From Fimbriimonadaceae bacterium (GTDB lineage: Bacteria; Armatimonadota; Fimbriimonadia; Fimbriimonadales; Fimbriimonadaceae): a stretch of DNA of 43,824 bases. The stretch is taken from the NCBI GenBank assembly GCA_046719655.1, contig JBDNCL010000001.1:1-43824 (forward strand). Direction: 5' to 3'. Of this stretch, positions 1 to 8,864 are shown piece by piece; the stretch's first letter is position 1, and each line of letters starts with the position of its first letter. The position numbers and the translations under genes were made by a program. The notes below the pieces were generated by a model. It made no database searches. It saw only the letters and a program-made list of their open reading frames with translations, and had not been told where the DNA came from.

Positions 1-203
1 TGGGCCGAGCGGACGACCGACACCTCGAAGCCGTTCTGAGCGAGGAGCTCGGCGAAGGCGCGAAGTCCGCTCGGGGCGAACGAGTCCGAAACGGGCCGGG
101 TGGTCGATTCCCGTTGGCCGAGGCCCACCAGACCGGCGGCGATGGCCAGCAAGGCGACGAAGACCCACACGAAACGCGGGAGACCGCGGGATTCCCCCCT
201 CAT
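1..203 (-). CDS. DUF4350-like protein, N-terminal part only (gene runs off the left edge)
   Basis: Minus-strand ATG at 203-201 overlaps the TGA of the upstream gene (ATGA). Hand translation: MRGESRGLPRFVWVFVALLAIAAGLVGLGQRESTTRPVSDSFAPSGLRAFAELLAQNGFEVSVVRSA. This is a TM anchor followed by the SxxxxGxxAxxxLL-type stretch I associate with DUF4350 proteins, which commonly follow DUF4129 genes. Confidence 0.5.
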   Translation of the reverse strand, partial: MRGESRGLPRFVWVFVALLAIAAGLVGLGQRESTTRPVSDSFAPSGLRAFAELLAQNGFEVSVVRSA

Positions 204-1138
204 GCCGCCTGCTTCTCCAAGCGGGTGACCGCTTCGTACACCGAACGCATCCTGTCGACGTCCTCGGCGCCGCGGACCCGGCCGCCGTACCACACGAGGT
301 CGAAGTGCCGGGTGGGCTCGACGAAGTCCAGGTCGGCCGGCCGCTTGGGACTGGCCTGGATCCGTCGAAGGTGCTCCCAGTTCGTTTCGCCGCGGTCGAA
401 GCGGGCGATTCCCTGCTCGTCGAATCGCAGCAGGCACGCGAGGTAGAGGCAGCGGACCGCTTCCCGGTGTCGCCCCTGAGCGGCCAGCCTGTCGGCCTGC
501 ACCAGCCATTCGTCGACCGTCCGTTCCGGCTCGTCCTCGTCCAGAAGCGCCATCGCCTTGCGGCGAAGGGTCCGCTTCCAAGAAAAGTGGCGGAAGGCGA
601 ACGCGAGCAGGCCGACGACCAGGAGTCCCAGCAGAACCCACATGATGCCGATCAGCCAACGGTCGAGATGGGTGACGTTGGGCACGGGTGGAGCGTCGAT
701 CTCCGGTGCTTCCGGTCGCCGGATCCTCAGATTTCGGAGACGTTCGAAAGCCCGTTGAATCCAGTTGGCCTGGTCTTCTGCTCCGGCGTCGGCGAAGAGC
801 GGATTCCGTTTGATGGCCTTCGCCCGTTCGGAGGCGTTTGCGAATTCGGCCGTCCGGTCGGCGGGCAACAGCTCGGCCCGGGTCGCGAGCGCCTCGCCGA
901 GTTCCGGCTCTCGCGCCGTCTTTCCGTTGGCGACCTCTTCCGCCAAGGCCTGCAGCGGTTGGTCCAGACCCTCGACCGACAAGACCTGTCGGGCGACTTT
1001 CTGCCGGTCTCGAGAGGTCTCCGCCTCGGCGTATCGGGACGCGAGCTCTTCGAAGGTGGTGGCGGCTACCGCGCCGGTCCAGACGAGAAGCGCCAGGCTA
1101 AAGCTCGAAGCGGCTTTCCCGATCCGAACTCCAAACAT
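200..1138 (-). CDS. DUF4129 domain-containing membrane protein
   Basis: ORF 200..1189. The C-terminal part (DEWLVQADRLAAQGRHREAVRCLYLACLLRFDEQGIARFDRGETNWEHLR) matches the DUF4129 pattern, and there is a central TM helix. I prefer the start at M18 (MFGVRIGKAASSFSLALLVW, signal-like). The longest ORF would start at 1189. Confidence 0.75.
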   Translation of the reverse strand: MFGVRIGKAASSFSLALLVWTGAVAATTFEELASRYAEAETSRDRQKVARQVLSVEGLDQPLQALAEEVANGKTAREPELGEALATRAELLPADRTAEFANASERAKAIKRNPLFADAGAEDQANWIQRAFERLRNLRIRRPEAPEIDAPPVPNVTHLDRWLIGIMWVLLGLLVVGLLAFAFRHFSWKRTLRRKAMALLDEDEPERTVDEWLVQADRLAAQGRHREAVRCLYLACLLRFDEQGIARFDRGETNWEHLRRIQASPKRPADLDFVEPTRHFDLVWYGGRVRGAEDVDRMRSVYEAVTRLEKQAA

Positions 1139-2141
1139 CGCGGGCGAGGGCTTCGATGTCATAGCCTTCGAGTCTGATACGACGCTCATAGTACAGGATG
1201 GTGATGGTCGTGCACCATATCGGGACGGTGAGCCAGACCCCGATATACCACGGGAGCAGAGAAACGGCCCTCTCGACCAGCGCGCCCCAAGGTCCGATCT
1301 GACCGAGCGCCGCCGTGACGCGGTCGATCTGGAGCAGGCTCATGGCCGTCACCCCCGACAGCCACAGAGCCAGAGCGACGAATCCGACGACCAGGAACAG
1401 CTGCCCGATCGCACCGTACCCGGACGGGTGGACCGCGTCCCCTCGGAGCAGGGCGATGCTCCTCCGGATCGCGGGCAACGTCGGCAGACCGTCGAGAACC
1501 ACGACCGGGGCGCCGAGGGCGTGCCGGCCGAGAACGAAGGGCAGCCAGCAGAACCCGAGCACGATCAGCACGATGCTGAAACTGGCCAAAACGCCGGGCA
1601 GGGCGCTCTCCTCCGGCGTCGTCGCCGCCAGCAACCCGCTGACCAGCAGGAGCCCGACGCTGAGGAGCACCCCACCCCAAGCCACGAACAGCTCGTAGAC
1701 GTTCAGCCAGAACATTCGGGCGAGAGTCTTCCGCCCCGTTCGCATCGCCCCTTCCATGTCGGGCTGATTGCCCAGAATGTAGTCCGAAACGAGATGGATG
1801 ATCGCTCCCGAACTGTAGCTGAGACCGGCGAGGAAGAGCGGCCCGGCCACGGCCACCGCCATCGTCAGGGTGAGCAGCGTCTCGCCGACTTGACCGGCGA
1901 TCGTTTCCGGTTGGGAGGTGTAGCCCAGGCTGGGCACCAGGTAGAAGAGGACGAAGGCGATCGATGCCGTACACAGGGCCGTCGGGAGCGCGGTCAACCG
2001 AAGGATCGGAAGCCCCATCGTCTGGTAGATGCGGATCGAAAGGTCGAGGATCTCGCCCGCCGTCATCACGCGCAGACGGGAACGCCGCTCGAGCCGCGAC
2101 GAGCGGCGAAGGAGGTATCGGCCCATCGGGTCCGGCATCAT
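1098..2141 (-). CDS. Uncharacterised multi-pass membrane protein
   Basis: The C-terminal 322-347 aa of ORF 1098..2852 is hydrophobic, with 6-7 predicted TM helices (LPILRLTALPTALCTASIAFVLFYLV..., ...WYIGVWLTVPIWCTTITILYYERRIRLEGYD). The upstream part of the ORF is Arg/Pro-rich shadow. Start is ATGATG at 2141; the alternative is ATG at 2066 (MTAGEILDL). Confidence 0.7.
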   Translation of the reverse strand: MMPDPMGRYLLRRSSRLERRSRLRVMTAGEILDLSIRIYQTMGLPILRLTALPTALCTASIAFVLFYLVPSLGYTSQPETIAGQVGETLLTLTMAVAVAGPLFLAGLSYSSGAIIHLVSDYILGNQPDMEGAMRTGRKTLARMFWLNVYELFVAWGGVLLSVGLLLVSGLLAATTPEESALPGVLASFSIVLIVLGFCWLPFVLGRHALGAPVVVLDGLPTLPAIRRSIALLRGDAVHPSGYGAIGQLFLVVGFVALALWLSGVTAMSLLQIDRVTAALGQIGPWGALVERAVSLLPWYIGVWLTVPIWCTTITILYYERRIRLEGYDIEALARDVWSSDRESRFEL

Positions 2142-2324
2142 CGATACGCATTGTAGCGTTCGAGCCGTCGCGGGGGAAGGTCCGGGGCACGCTCCGCGCC
2201 GGTGGGCGATGGTTCGGGGGCGGGACCAGCGTCCCGATGGCGGAACTCGGCCGGACCGTGGGGCAGACTCGGACGTCCTTATGGGTGGAAGGCGGCGGGA
2301 CCCGCCGTCCGAGGTTTGATCGAG

Positions 2325-3086
2325 ATGACCCACCTGATTGCCGCTGCCACACTCGCGATGGCGTCGCCATCCGTCGTCGACGTCGGCCCAGCCGCCAGTC
2401 TTCTCGCGCTCGCCGGCCAGGCGACGGCGGCCGACATCGTCCAGCGGAACTTCCGGGACGCGTCGATGCAGGCGAGGATCGTCCAAACGGACTTCCGCGA
2501 GCTGCGGGAGATCAGCAGCGATTTTGGCAACCAGTACCGTTTCCGATCGATCCGCATCTGGGTCGCCGAGCCGATGAGGCTCCGCCTGGAGGCTCAGGTC
2601 GAGGACACGAACGTCACGTATATCCTGAACGGATTCCGCCAGTCGGCCCGGATTCCTCGTTTGGGCATCAATTCCCGCCAAGACCTCAGCCGGTCTCCGG
2701 GGCGCCTTCAGACCGTCTTCGACTTCGGGATTCTCACGCCGTCCCTGCTGGAGAATCTTTTCGACGCCGAGTTTGTCCGCAACGATCGGGCGACCGGCAA
2801 TCTGGTCTTCGACATCCGCTACAAGCCCGAGCTGAACGATTCCTCGAGGCACCGCATCTGGGTCGATCCCGAACGGCGAATCGTCACCCGACGCGAATGG
2901 TACGGACAGGGCAGTCGGCCGCGCCTGCGGGCCATCTTCCTGTATCAGAACCCGGTCCTGGCGGGCGGGATCTGGCTTCCCACTCGGGTCGAGGTCCGCA
3001 GCGCGAACAACCGGGTGGCCGGCATCACGGAGTACATCGACTACCGCGTGAACCAGGGAATTCCCGAAGAGCGCTTCCGCCTCTGA
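2325..3086 (+). CDS. LolA-like / outer-membrane lipoprotein-sorting family protein (secreted)
   Basis: Start at the internal ATG 2325 of ORF 2202..3086 (MTHLIAAATLAMASPS, signal-like). GAGG lies 10 nt upstream. Length and beta-rich composition fit LolA-fold sorting proteins. The family call is from pattern memory only. Confidence 0.6.
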   Translation: MTHLIAAATLAMASPSVVDVGPAASLLALAGQATAADIVQRNFRDASMQARIVQTDFRELREISSDFGNQYRFRSIRIWVAEPMRLRLEAQVEDTNVTYILNGFRQSARIPRLGINSRQDLSRSPGRLQTVFDFGILTPSLLENLFDAEFVRNDRATGNLVFDIRYKPELNDSSRHRIWVDPERRIVTRREWYGQGSRPRLRAIFLYQNPVLAGGIWLPTRVEVRSANNRVAGITEYIDYRVNQGIPEERFRL

Positions 3087-3096
3087 CGTCGGCGGG

Positions 3097-3861
3097 CTAG
3101 ACGGCGGCGCCGAGATAGGCTTCGATGACCTTCGGATTGTTCCGGACCGCCTCGGGCGGTCCGGACGCGATCTCTTCGCCGTGGTCGAGGACCACGATCT
3201 TTTCGCACAGGTTCATGACGAACTTCATGTCGTGCTCGATGAGCAGGACGGTCTTTCCGTAGTCGTCTCTCAGGCGGCGCACGGTGCGCATCAGGTCGGC
3301 GGACTCTTGGGGGTTCATGCCGGCCGCCGGCTCGTCGAGCAGGAGCAGGCGGGGGTTGGTGGCCATGGCGCGCGCGATCTCCAGGCGCCGCTGCTTTCCG
3401 TACGGAAGCTCGTTGGATCGGATATGGGCCACGTCCTCCAGATCGAGAATGTAGAGGAGCTCCCAAGCCGCCCGTTCGAGGGCCTCGTTCTCTTTGACGA
3501 CGGACGGGAGGTAGGCCAGCGCGCTGAAGAGCGAGGTCCGGTGGCGCAGGAACCCGCCCACGACCACGTTTTCCAGCGTGGTCAGCGAGGGGAACAGCCG
3601 GATGTTCTGAAAGGTGCGGGCGATGCCGAGCTTGGCGATCTTGTTCGGGGCGGTGCCGTTGATGATCTGGCCGTCGAAGACGATGTTGCCGGCGGTCGGC
3701 TTGTAGACCCCCGTGATCAGGTTGAAGCAGGTTGTCTTGCCGGCCCCGTTCGGCCCGATGAGTCCGAACAGATCGCCGGCTTCGATCGCGAAGCTGACTT
3801 CGTTGACCGCCACCAGGCCTCCGAACCTCACGGTCGCCTTCTCGAGTTTCAGCAGACTCAT
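3097..3861 (-). CDS. livG: Branched-chain amino acid ABC transporter ATP-binding protein LivG
   Basis: [24 protein letters not shown]...GPNGAGKTT (Walker A), [13 protein letters not shown] (signature region), [10 protein letters not shown] (Walker B). The C-terminal KVIEAYLG is typical of LivG. The ATG overlaps the livM stop (ATGA). Confidence 0.93.
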   Translation of the reverse strand: MSLLKLEKATVRFGGLVAVNEVSFAIEAGDLFGLIGPNGAGKTTCFNLITGVYKPTAGNIVFDGQIINGTAPNKIAKLGIARTFQNIRLFPSLTTLENVVVGGFLRHRTSLFSALAYLPSVVKENEALERAAWELLYILDLEDVAHIRSNELPYGKQRRLEIARAMATNPRLLLLDEPAAGMNPQESADLMRTVRRLRDDYGKTVLLIEHDMKFVMNLCEKIVVLDHGEEIASGPPEAVRNNPKVIEAYLGAAV

Positions 3862-5327
3862 ACCACCCTCCCTTCGGCCCGAATGCGGCCCGTGAACAGT
3901 CGTTGCAGGAAGGCCCAGCTCAGCTCGTGGTGACCGAGAACCCCCTGCGGTCTCAGGAGCATCGTCAGGATCAGGGCCAGCGCGAATACGGCCCATCGGA
4001 TGTCGCTCGGCATGTAGGTGGTGCGGCCGATCAGCTCTTGGATCGGTCCGATCGATCCGATGAACGAGCTCAACGGACCCGCCATCTGGGTCGCGGAAAA
4101 GACCAACGCCCCGAGCAGCCCCAGACGGGGCAGTCCGGTCCGACGGGCCGGCGTGGCCAAAAGGGCGATCAAGATCAACGCGGCGAGTGCGGCTCCGACC
4201 CCTTTGAAGATGATGGACAGCTCGGCTCGGACGAGCAGCCAGGCGAGATAGGCGACCCCGGCGCAGCCGAGTCCCCCGAGGAAGGTCAGAGGAACGCGCA
4301 GCTTGCCGTCGATGTCGAGCCAGCCTCTCTTCTTGACCACACCGTAGGCCGCGAAAACCAGAACGCCGGCGATGATCAACGCGAAGAGATCGATGGCCGG
4401 GATCGGCTTGAGCCGCCGCAGAGACTCTTCCAGGAGCTTCAGACAGATTCCCGCAAGCGCGGCCCCCGTGATGCTGCCCGTGCCGCCGATGACGACCATC
4501 GCCACGAGCATGAAGCTCACATCCATGCGGAAGTCGTCGGGCGACACGGAGCCGTTGTAGTGGGCGAAAAGGGCGCCCGCCATTCCCGCGATCGCCGCGC
4601 CGAGGACAAAGGCGGTGACCTTGATCTTCGTCGTGTTCACGCCGGTAGCGTCGGCGGCCAGCTCGTCTTCGCGCACGGACAGGAACGCCAGTCCGTGGGA
4701 GGTTTTGAGCAGGTTGCGGGCGACGGCGAGGGTGAAGGCGAGGAGGAGAACGATGTGCCAGGTCTGGGTCATGCGCGGCACCTGGGTCAACCCGAAGTTG
4801 CCGCCCAGGTCGAGACCTCCGATCGACGTCGCGCCTCCATCCTGGTTCCTCAAGAAGACGTTGATGATCTCGCCAAAACCGAGGGTCGCGACGGCCAGGT
4901 AGTCGCCCCGCAACCGCAGGGTGGGCAACCCGATGAGAAAACCGGCGATTCCGGCCAGGACGGCCCCCAGGACGACCATCATCAAGAGCCAAAGCGGTTG
5001 GGGGATCGACTCCGGCTGGTAGTAGTTCCGGGTCGCGAAAGCGGTCCCGATGGCGCCGATCAAATAGAACGCGGCATGCCCGATCGAGAACTGCCCGGTG
5101 ATGCCGTTGATCAGGTTGAGGCTCACGGCCAAAGTCGCAAACAGGAGGCTGAGGGTGATGAGGCGGACGTCGTAGATCCCCAGCTGCGGAGCCAAGGCCG
5201 TGTGCACCACGAAGAGGAGCAACCCGAGGAGGAGCAGGCTCAGCCCGCGGACGAGCCAGAACTGCCCGGCGCGATACGGGGGTCGAGTCAGGAGCGACGT
5301 GACTTCGCGCGGTTGGACGGTCGCCAT
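3858..5327 (-). CDS. livM: Branched-chain amino acid ABC transporter permease LivM (long form, 489 aa)
   Basis: Internal start MATVQPREV at 5327, overlapping the livH stop by 1 nt. Motifs seen: [51 protein letters not shown], terminal LLRPQGVLG. There are extra TM helices inserted before the last helix. Confidence 0.9.
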   Translation of the reverse strand: MATVQPREVTSLLTRPPYRAGQFWLVRGLSLLLLGLLLFVVHTALAPQLGIYDVRLITLSLLFATLAVSLNLINGITGQFSIGHAAFYLIGAIGTAFATRNYYQPESIPQPLWLLMMVVLGAVLAGIAGFLIGLPTLRLRGDYLAVATLGFGEIINVFLRNQDGGATSIGGLDLGGNFGLTQVPRMTQTWHIVLLLAFTLAVARNLLKTSHGLAFLSVREDELAADATGVNTTKIKVTAFVLGAAIAGMAGALFAHYNGSVSPDDFRMDVSFMLVAMVVIGGTGSITGAALAGICLKLLEESLRRLKPIPAIDLFALIIAGVLVFAAYGVVKKRGWLDIDGKLRVPLTFLGGLGCAGVAYLAWLLVRAELSIIFKGVGAALAALILIALLATPARRTGLPRLGLLGALVFSATQMAGPLSSFIGSIGPIQELIGRTTYMPSDIRWAVFALALILTMLLRPQGVLGHHELSWAFLQRLFTGRIRAEGRVV

Positions 5328-6163
5328 CAGACTTTCTCCATGGTGCTGCCGAACAAGCCACCCGGGCGGAAAAGCAGGATGATGATGAGAACCAGGAACG
5401 CGACCGCGTCCTGGTACCCCGCGTATCCCGACCACACGACCAGGGCCTCGAGAAGGCCGATGATGAGGCCGCCCACCACCGCGCCCGGGATGTTCCCGAT
5501 CCCGCCGAGAACGGCGGCCGTAAACGCCTTCACGCCCGGCAAGAGGCCGTAGAACGTGTTCAGCGGCGTCCCCAGGGCGGTGGCGTTGAGCATCCCTCCC
5601 GCGCCGGCCAGCGCTGACCCGATCAGGAACGTCACGACCACGATCCGGTTGACGTTCACCCCCATGAGGGACGCGGTGTCGAAATCGTGGGAGACGGCCC
5701 GCATGGCCCGGCCCGTCTGGGTCTTGGTCACCACGTACCACAACAGCACCATCAGCACGAGGGTGACCACGAGCACGGTGAGGCGGCTCATGTCGAGCAC
5801 GACGCCCGCGACGTTGAACGTGCGGCCGGAGAGCGGGTTGATGTCCTCGACGATCGACGGTTGGGGCGACGTCCGAAAAAACAGGCGCCCGGCGTACTGA
5901 ATGAACAGCGACACGCCGATCGCCGTGATCAGGAGCGAGATTCTCGGCGCCGAGCGGAGAGGGCGGTAGGCGAACCTTTCGATGGCGATGCCGAGGAGGG
6001 CGCAACCCGTCATCGCGAAGAGAAGCATGAGGGTCAGCACGACCCACGGGTTCATGGCTTCGTGGTTGAGCCAGACCATCCCGGTGTAGTAGGCGAGATA
6101 GGCCCCGACCATGTAGACCTCGCCGTGCGCGAAGTTGATGAGGCGCAGAACGCCGTAGACCAT
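5327..6163 (-). CDS. livH: Branched-chain amino acid ABC transporter permease LivH (coordinates are the ATG-bounded ORF; the true N-terminus probably lies upstream, see findings)
   Basis: MVYGVLRLINFAHGEVYMVGAY... is the conserved LivH core. LivH-like sequence (FAALPQNIVIGVQTGAIYALIALGYT) continues in frame upstream of 6163. Confidence 0.9.
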   Translation of the reverse strand: MVYGVLRLINFAHGEVYMVGAYLAYYTGMVWLNHEAMNPWVVLTLMLLFAMTGCALLGIAIERFAYRPLRSAPRISLLITAIGVSLFIQYAGRLFFRTSPQPSIVEDINPLSGRTFNVAGVVLDMSRLTVLVVTLVLMVLLWYVVTKTQTGRAMRAVSHDFDTASLMGVNVNRIVVVTFLIGSALAGAGGMLNATALGTPLNTFYGLLPGVKAFTAAVLGGIGNIPGAVVGGLIIGLLEALVVWSGYAGYQDAVAFLVLIIILLFRPGGLFGSTMEKV

Positions 6164-6289
6164 CGTGTAGCCGAGGGCGATCAGGGCATAGATGGCACCG
6201 GTCTGGACGCCGATGACGATGTTTTGGGGTAGGGCGGCAAAGTCCAGTTCGACGCTTCCTCCGACACTCGAATATTCGATAGACGCAAG

Positions 6290-6321
6290 CCGACCCCGAC
6301 GACGATGCGGGTCGGGGTCGG
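6290..6321 (-). other. Intercistronic stem-loop between livK and livH
   Basis: CGACCCCGAC (6291-6300) and GTCGGGGTCG (6311-6320) are exact reverse complements. One more C-G pair at 6290/6321 gives an 11-bp stem with a 10-nt loop. Confidence 0.6.
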
Positions 6322-6351
6322 AAAGCGGGGCTTGGGCCCCGCGAGATCAGT

Positions 6352-7569
6352 TTAGGGGTTGGTTCTGGGGAACTCGAACCACTCGATCTGCTTGACCGGC
6401 ACGAAGCCGTCCCGCCGGACTTCCAGCACGAGGGCCGGCTTTTGGGCGTTGCCGTCGGGGCCGATCGTGATGCTGCCCGAAACGCCTTCGAGACCCTGGG
6501 TCGCGGCGATCGCGTCCCGAACCGCCTGCGGGGTGAGCTCGGTCGCCCGCTTCAGGGCATGGAGAACGACCATCGTCGCGTCGTATCCGAGGGCGCCCAT
6601 GGCGGTTGCCGGGGGAGCGCCGTACTTGGCCTGGAACTTCTGAACGAAGTTCTGGACGGCCGGTCGCTGCTCCGAGTTGTGGTAGTGGTTGAGGAAGAAC
6701 CCGCCGATGATCCCCTCGCCGCCAGCGTCGATCAGCTTCGTGCTGTCCCAGCCGTCGCCGCCGAGCATCTTCACGTTGAGTCCGACCGTCAAACGCTGAC
6801 GGGCGATGGGCCCGACTTCGGTGAAGTATCCGGAACAGAACAGCCCGTCGGGGTTCATCCCCTTGATGCGGGTGAGCTGGGCCATAAAGTCGACCTTGCC
6901 GCTCTCGTAGAACTCCTCGCCGACAATCGTCCCGCCGAGGGCGGTGAACACTTCCTTGAAGCGGTTGGACAGCCCGGTCGAGTAGGGAAGCCGACGGTCG
7001 GTCATGACGGCCACGCGCCGAAGACCGAGGTCCTCGTAGGCATACTTGGCGAGCGCCGCTCCCTGAAAGTCGTCGGTGAAGCAGGCCCGGAAGACGAATC
7101 TCTTGCCCTCGGTGAGGTCGGTTCGGGTGGCCCCGACCGCCACCAGGGGGACGCCCTGCGATTCGGCCACGTCGGCGGCCTGGATCGTGATGCCGCTCGC
7201 GACCTCGCCGATGACGGCGATGACCCGGTCTTCGCCGATCAGCTTCTCGGTCGCCGACTTTCCGCCCTCGGGTCGCGAGTTCGTGTCTTCGACGATCAGT
7301 TCGACCGGTCGACCGTTGATGCCGCCGGCGGCGTTGATCTCTTCCACGGCGAGCATCGCGCCGCGGTGCGAATCGACGCCCCAGGGTTGTTGATCGCCGT
7401 TCAGGCTTGCGATCATCCCGATGCGGATGGGCTGGCCGGAAGCACCGGCACCGCCCTTGGCTGCCCCGCCGCCTTCGCCTCCGGAGGGCGAGCATCCCGC
7501 CATCCAGACGGTCATCCCGAAGACCGCGGCTGCAACCGCTCCAAATGCGCGCAGTTTTTTCATGGTCAT
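6352..7569 (-). CDS. livK: ABC transporter substrate-binding lipoprotein, Leu/Ile/Val-binding (LivK/LivJ) family
   Basis: Start MTMKKLRAFGAVAAAVFGMTVWMAGC, with lipobox MAGC. Followed by IRIGMIASLNGDQQPWGVDSHRGAMLAVEEINAAGGINGRPVELIVEDT, which is typical of type-I periplasmic binding proteins of the LIV family. Confidence 0.9.
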   Translation of the reverse strand: MTMKKLRAFGAVAAAVFGMTVWMAGCSPSGGEGGGAAKGGAGASGQPIRIGMIASLNGDQQPWGVDSHRGAMLAVEEINAAGGINGRPVELIVEDTNSRPEGGKSATEKLIGEDRVIAVIGEVASGITIQAADVAESQGVPLVAVGATRTDLTEGKRFVFRACFTDDFQGAALAKYAYEDLGLRRVAVMTDRRLPYSTGLSNRFKEVFTALGGTIVGEEFYESGKVDFMAQLTRIKGMNPDGLFCSGYFTEVGPIARQRLTVGLNVKMLGGDGWDSTKLIDAGGEGIIGGFFLNHYHNSEQRPAVQNFVQKFQAKYGAPPATAMGALGYDATMVVLHALKRATELTPQAVRDAIAATQGLEGVSGSITIGPDGNAQKPALVLEVRRDGFVPVKQIEWFEFPRTNP

Positions 7570-7713
7570 GTCTCGTTTTGGCCGGCGGCCGGATCGTGTC
7601 CGACCGGCCGCGAACGCCCAGTATACAGAACAGGTCCGCCGTTCGAACTCATTCCGGGTGGGAACTTGTCCTTCTCGGCCCACGGCACCGGCATTTCTGT
7701 CTGGAGTTCATCC

Positions 7714-7719
7714 TATAAT
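7714..7719 (+). promoter_or_regulatory. Perfect -10 hexamer TATAAT upstream of the TPR gene
   Basis: TATAAT at 7714-7719 in the livK/TPR divergent region, 52 nt upstream of the TTG start at 7771. No good -35 seen. Confidence 0.4.
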
Positions 7720-7770
7720 CAGCCCGGGGCACGCGGGAAGTGGGCGCCTTCGAATCCCCGGGAGGAAAGT

Positions 7771-8778
7771 TTGTCTCAAGAACAGGCCAAGCAGTTCGTC
7801 GACCAAGCCGTTCAGTCCATCCAGGGTGGGCAGTTCGCTCAAGCCCTCGAACTGTTGAACCAGGCCGTCGAGCTTCATCCGGAAAATTCGGACGCGCATG
7901 TCCTCAAAGGCGTGGCCCTTTCTCAGTTGAAGCAGCCCGACGCGGCCGTCGAAGCCTTCCGGAAGGCGATCATGCTGAGCCCATACAACGTGAAGGCCTA
8001 CTTCAACCTCGCGGTGCACTACTACGGCGTCGGCGAGAAGCTCCGAGCCGAGGAGATGGCGCGAGAGGCGGTTCGCGTCGATCCGCGGCACGCAGGCGCG
8101 AGAGATCTCCTGAATCGAATCGAGTCCGAACGCACCCCGACCGAAGTCGGCGTCCGCACGACCGAGCCCGACCCGCAGCATCCGTCCGATCCGGCGGTGA
8201 CGCCGCCGCCCGGGACCGAGTACCCGCCCAAAGCGGAAGTCCCGCGGCCGACGGAGACCCCCTCGCCGTCCGCCCCTCCGTCGATGGGCGCGCCCCCGCT
8301 CGGAACGGGAATGGCGCCTCCCCCCGGCAGCGCCGGATCTTCGCCGGGCGGATATGTGCCTCCGGCCGGGACCGCTCCGGGCGGCTACTACCGGCCAGGC
8401 TACGAGCACCCGCAGGTGCACAGCCTGAACTTTGTCGAGAACATGGGGGCGGGTTGGACCAAGGCGGGATGGGGACTCGCGATCGTCGGCACGATCATCT
8501 TCGTGATCAGCTTCATCATGACGATCGCGATGTGGGGCACGATCATGTCCTCCGCGAACCAACCGCCCGACTTCTCAAGCATGTTCGGCGGCAACGCGCT
8601 CACGATGGTGCTGAGCCTTGTCGGCTGGCTCGTCCAGATCGCAACCCTGGTCTGGATGGTCCTCGAGTTGGCCGACCGCCGCGGCAACTGGATGTGGATG
8701 TTGCCGTTCACGCTTTGCTGCTGTTGCGGCCTCCAGGGGCCGGTCGTCATGATCTATCTCTTGAAGGGAAGAGAGTAG
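7771..8778 (+). CDS. TPR-repeat protein with a proline-rich linker and a C-terminal 3-TM domain containing a CCCC motif
   Basis: TTG start at 7771, preceded by GGAGGA (7761-7766). About three TPRs (FAQALELLNQAVELHPENSDAHVLKGVALSQLKQPDAAVEAFRKAIMLSPYNVKAYFNLAVHYY...), then a P/G/S-rich stretch, then hydrophobic helices ending in LPFTLCCCCGLQGPVVMIYLLKGRE. Confidence 0.75.
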   Translation: MSQEQAKQFVDQAVQSIQGGQFAQALELLNQAVELHPENSDAHVLKGVALSQLKQPDAAVEAFRKAIMLSPYNVKAYFNLAVHYYGVGEKLRAEEMAREAVRVDPRHAGARDLLNRIESERTPTEVGVRTTEPDPQHPSDPAVTPPPGTEYPPKAEVPRPTETPSPSAPPSMGAPPLGTGMAPPPGSAGSSPGGYVPPAGTAPGGYYRPGYEHPQVHSLNFVENMGAGWTKAGWGLAIVGTIIFVISFIMTIAMWGTIMSSANQPPDFSSMFGGNALTMVLSLVGWLVQIATLVWMVLELADRRGNWMWMLPFTLCCCCGLQGPVVMIYLLKGRE

Positions 8779-8864
8779 ATGCCGACGAACAAACAAGGGA
8801 GACTCGCCGGGAACGTTAGGGGCGGAACCGGCGTTGACCCACTCGAGGAGCCGATCGAGGGCTA

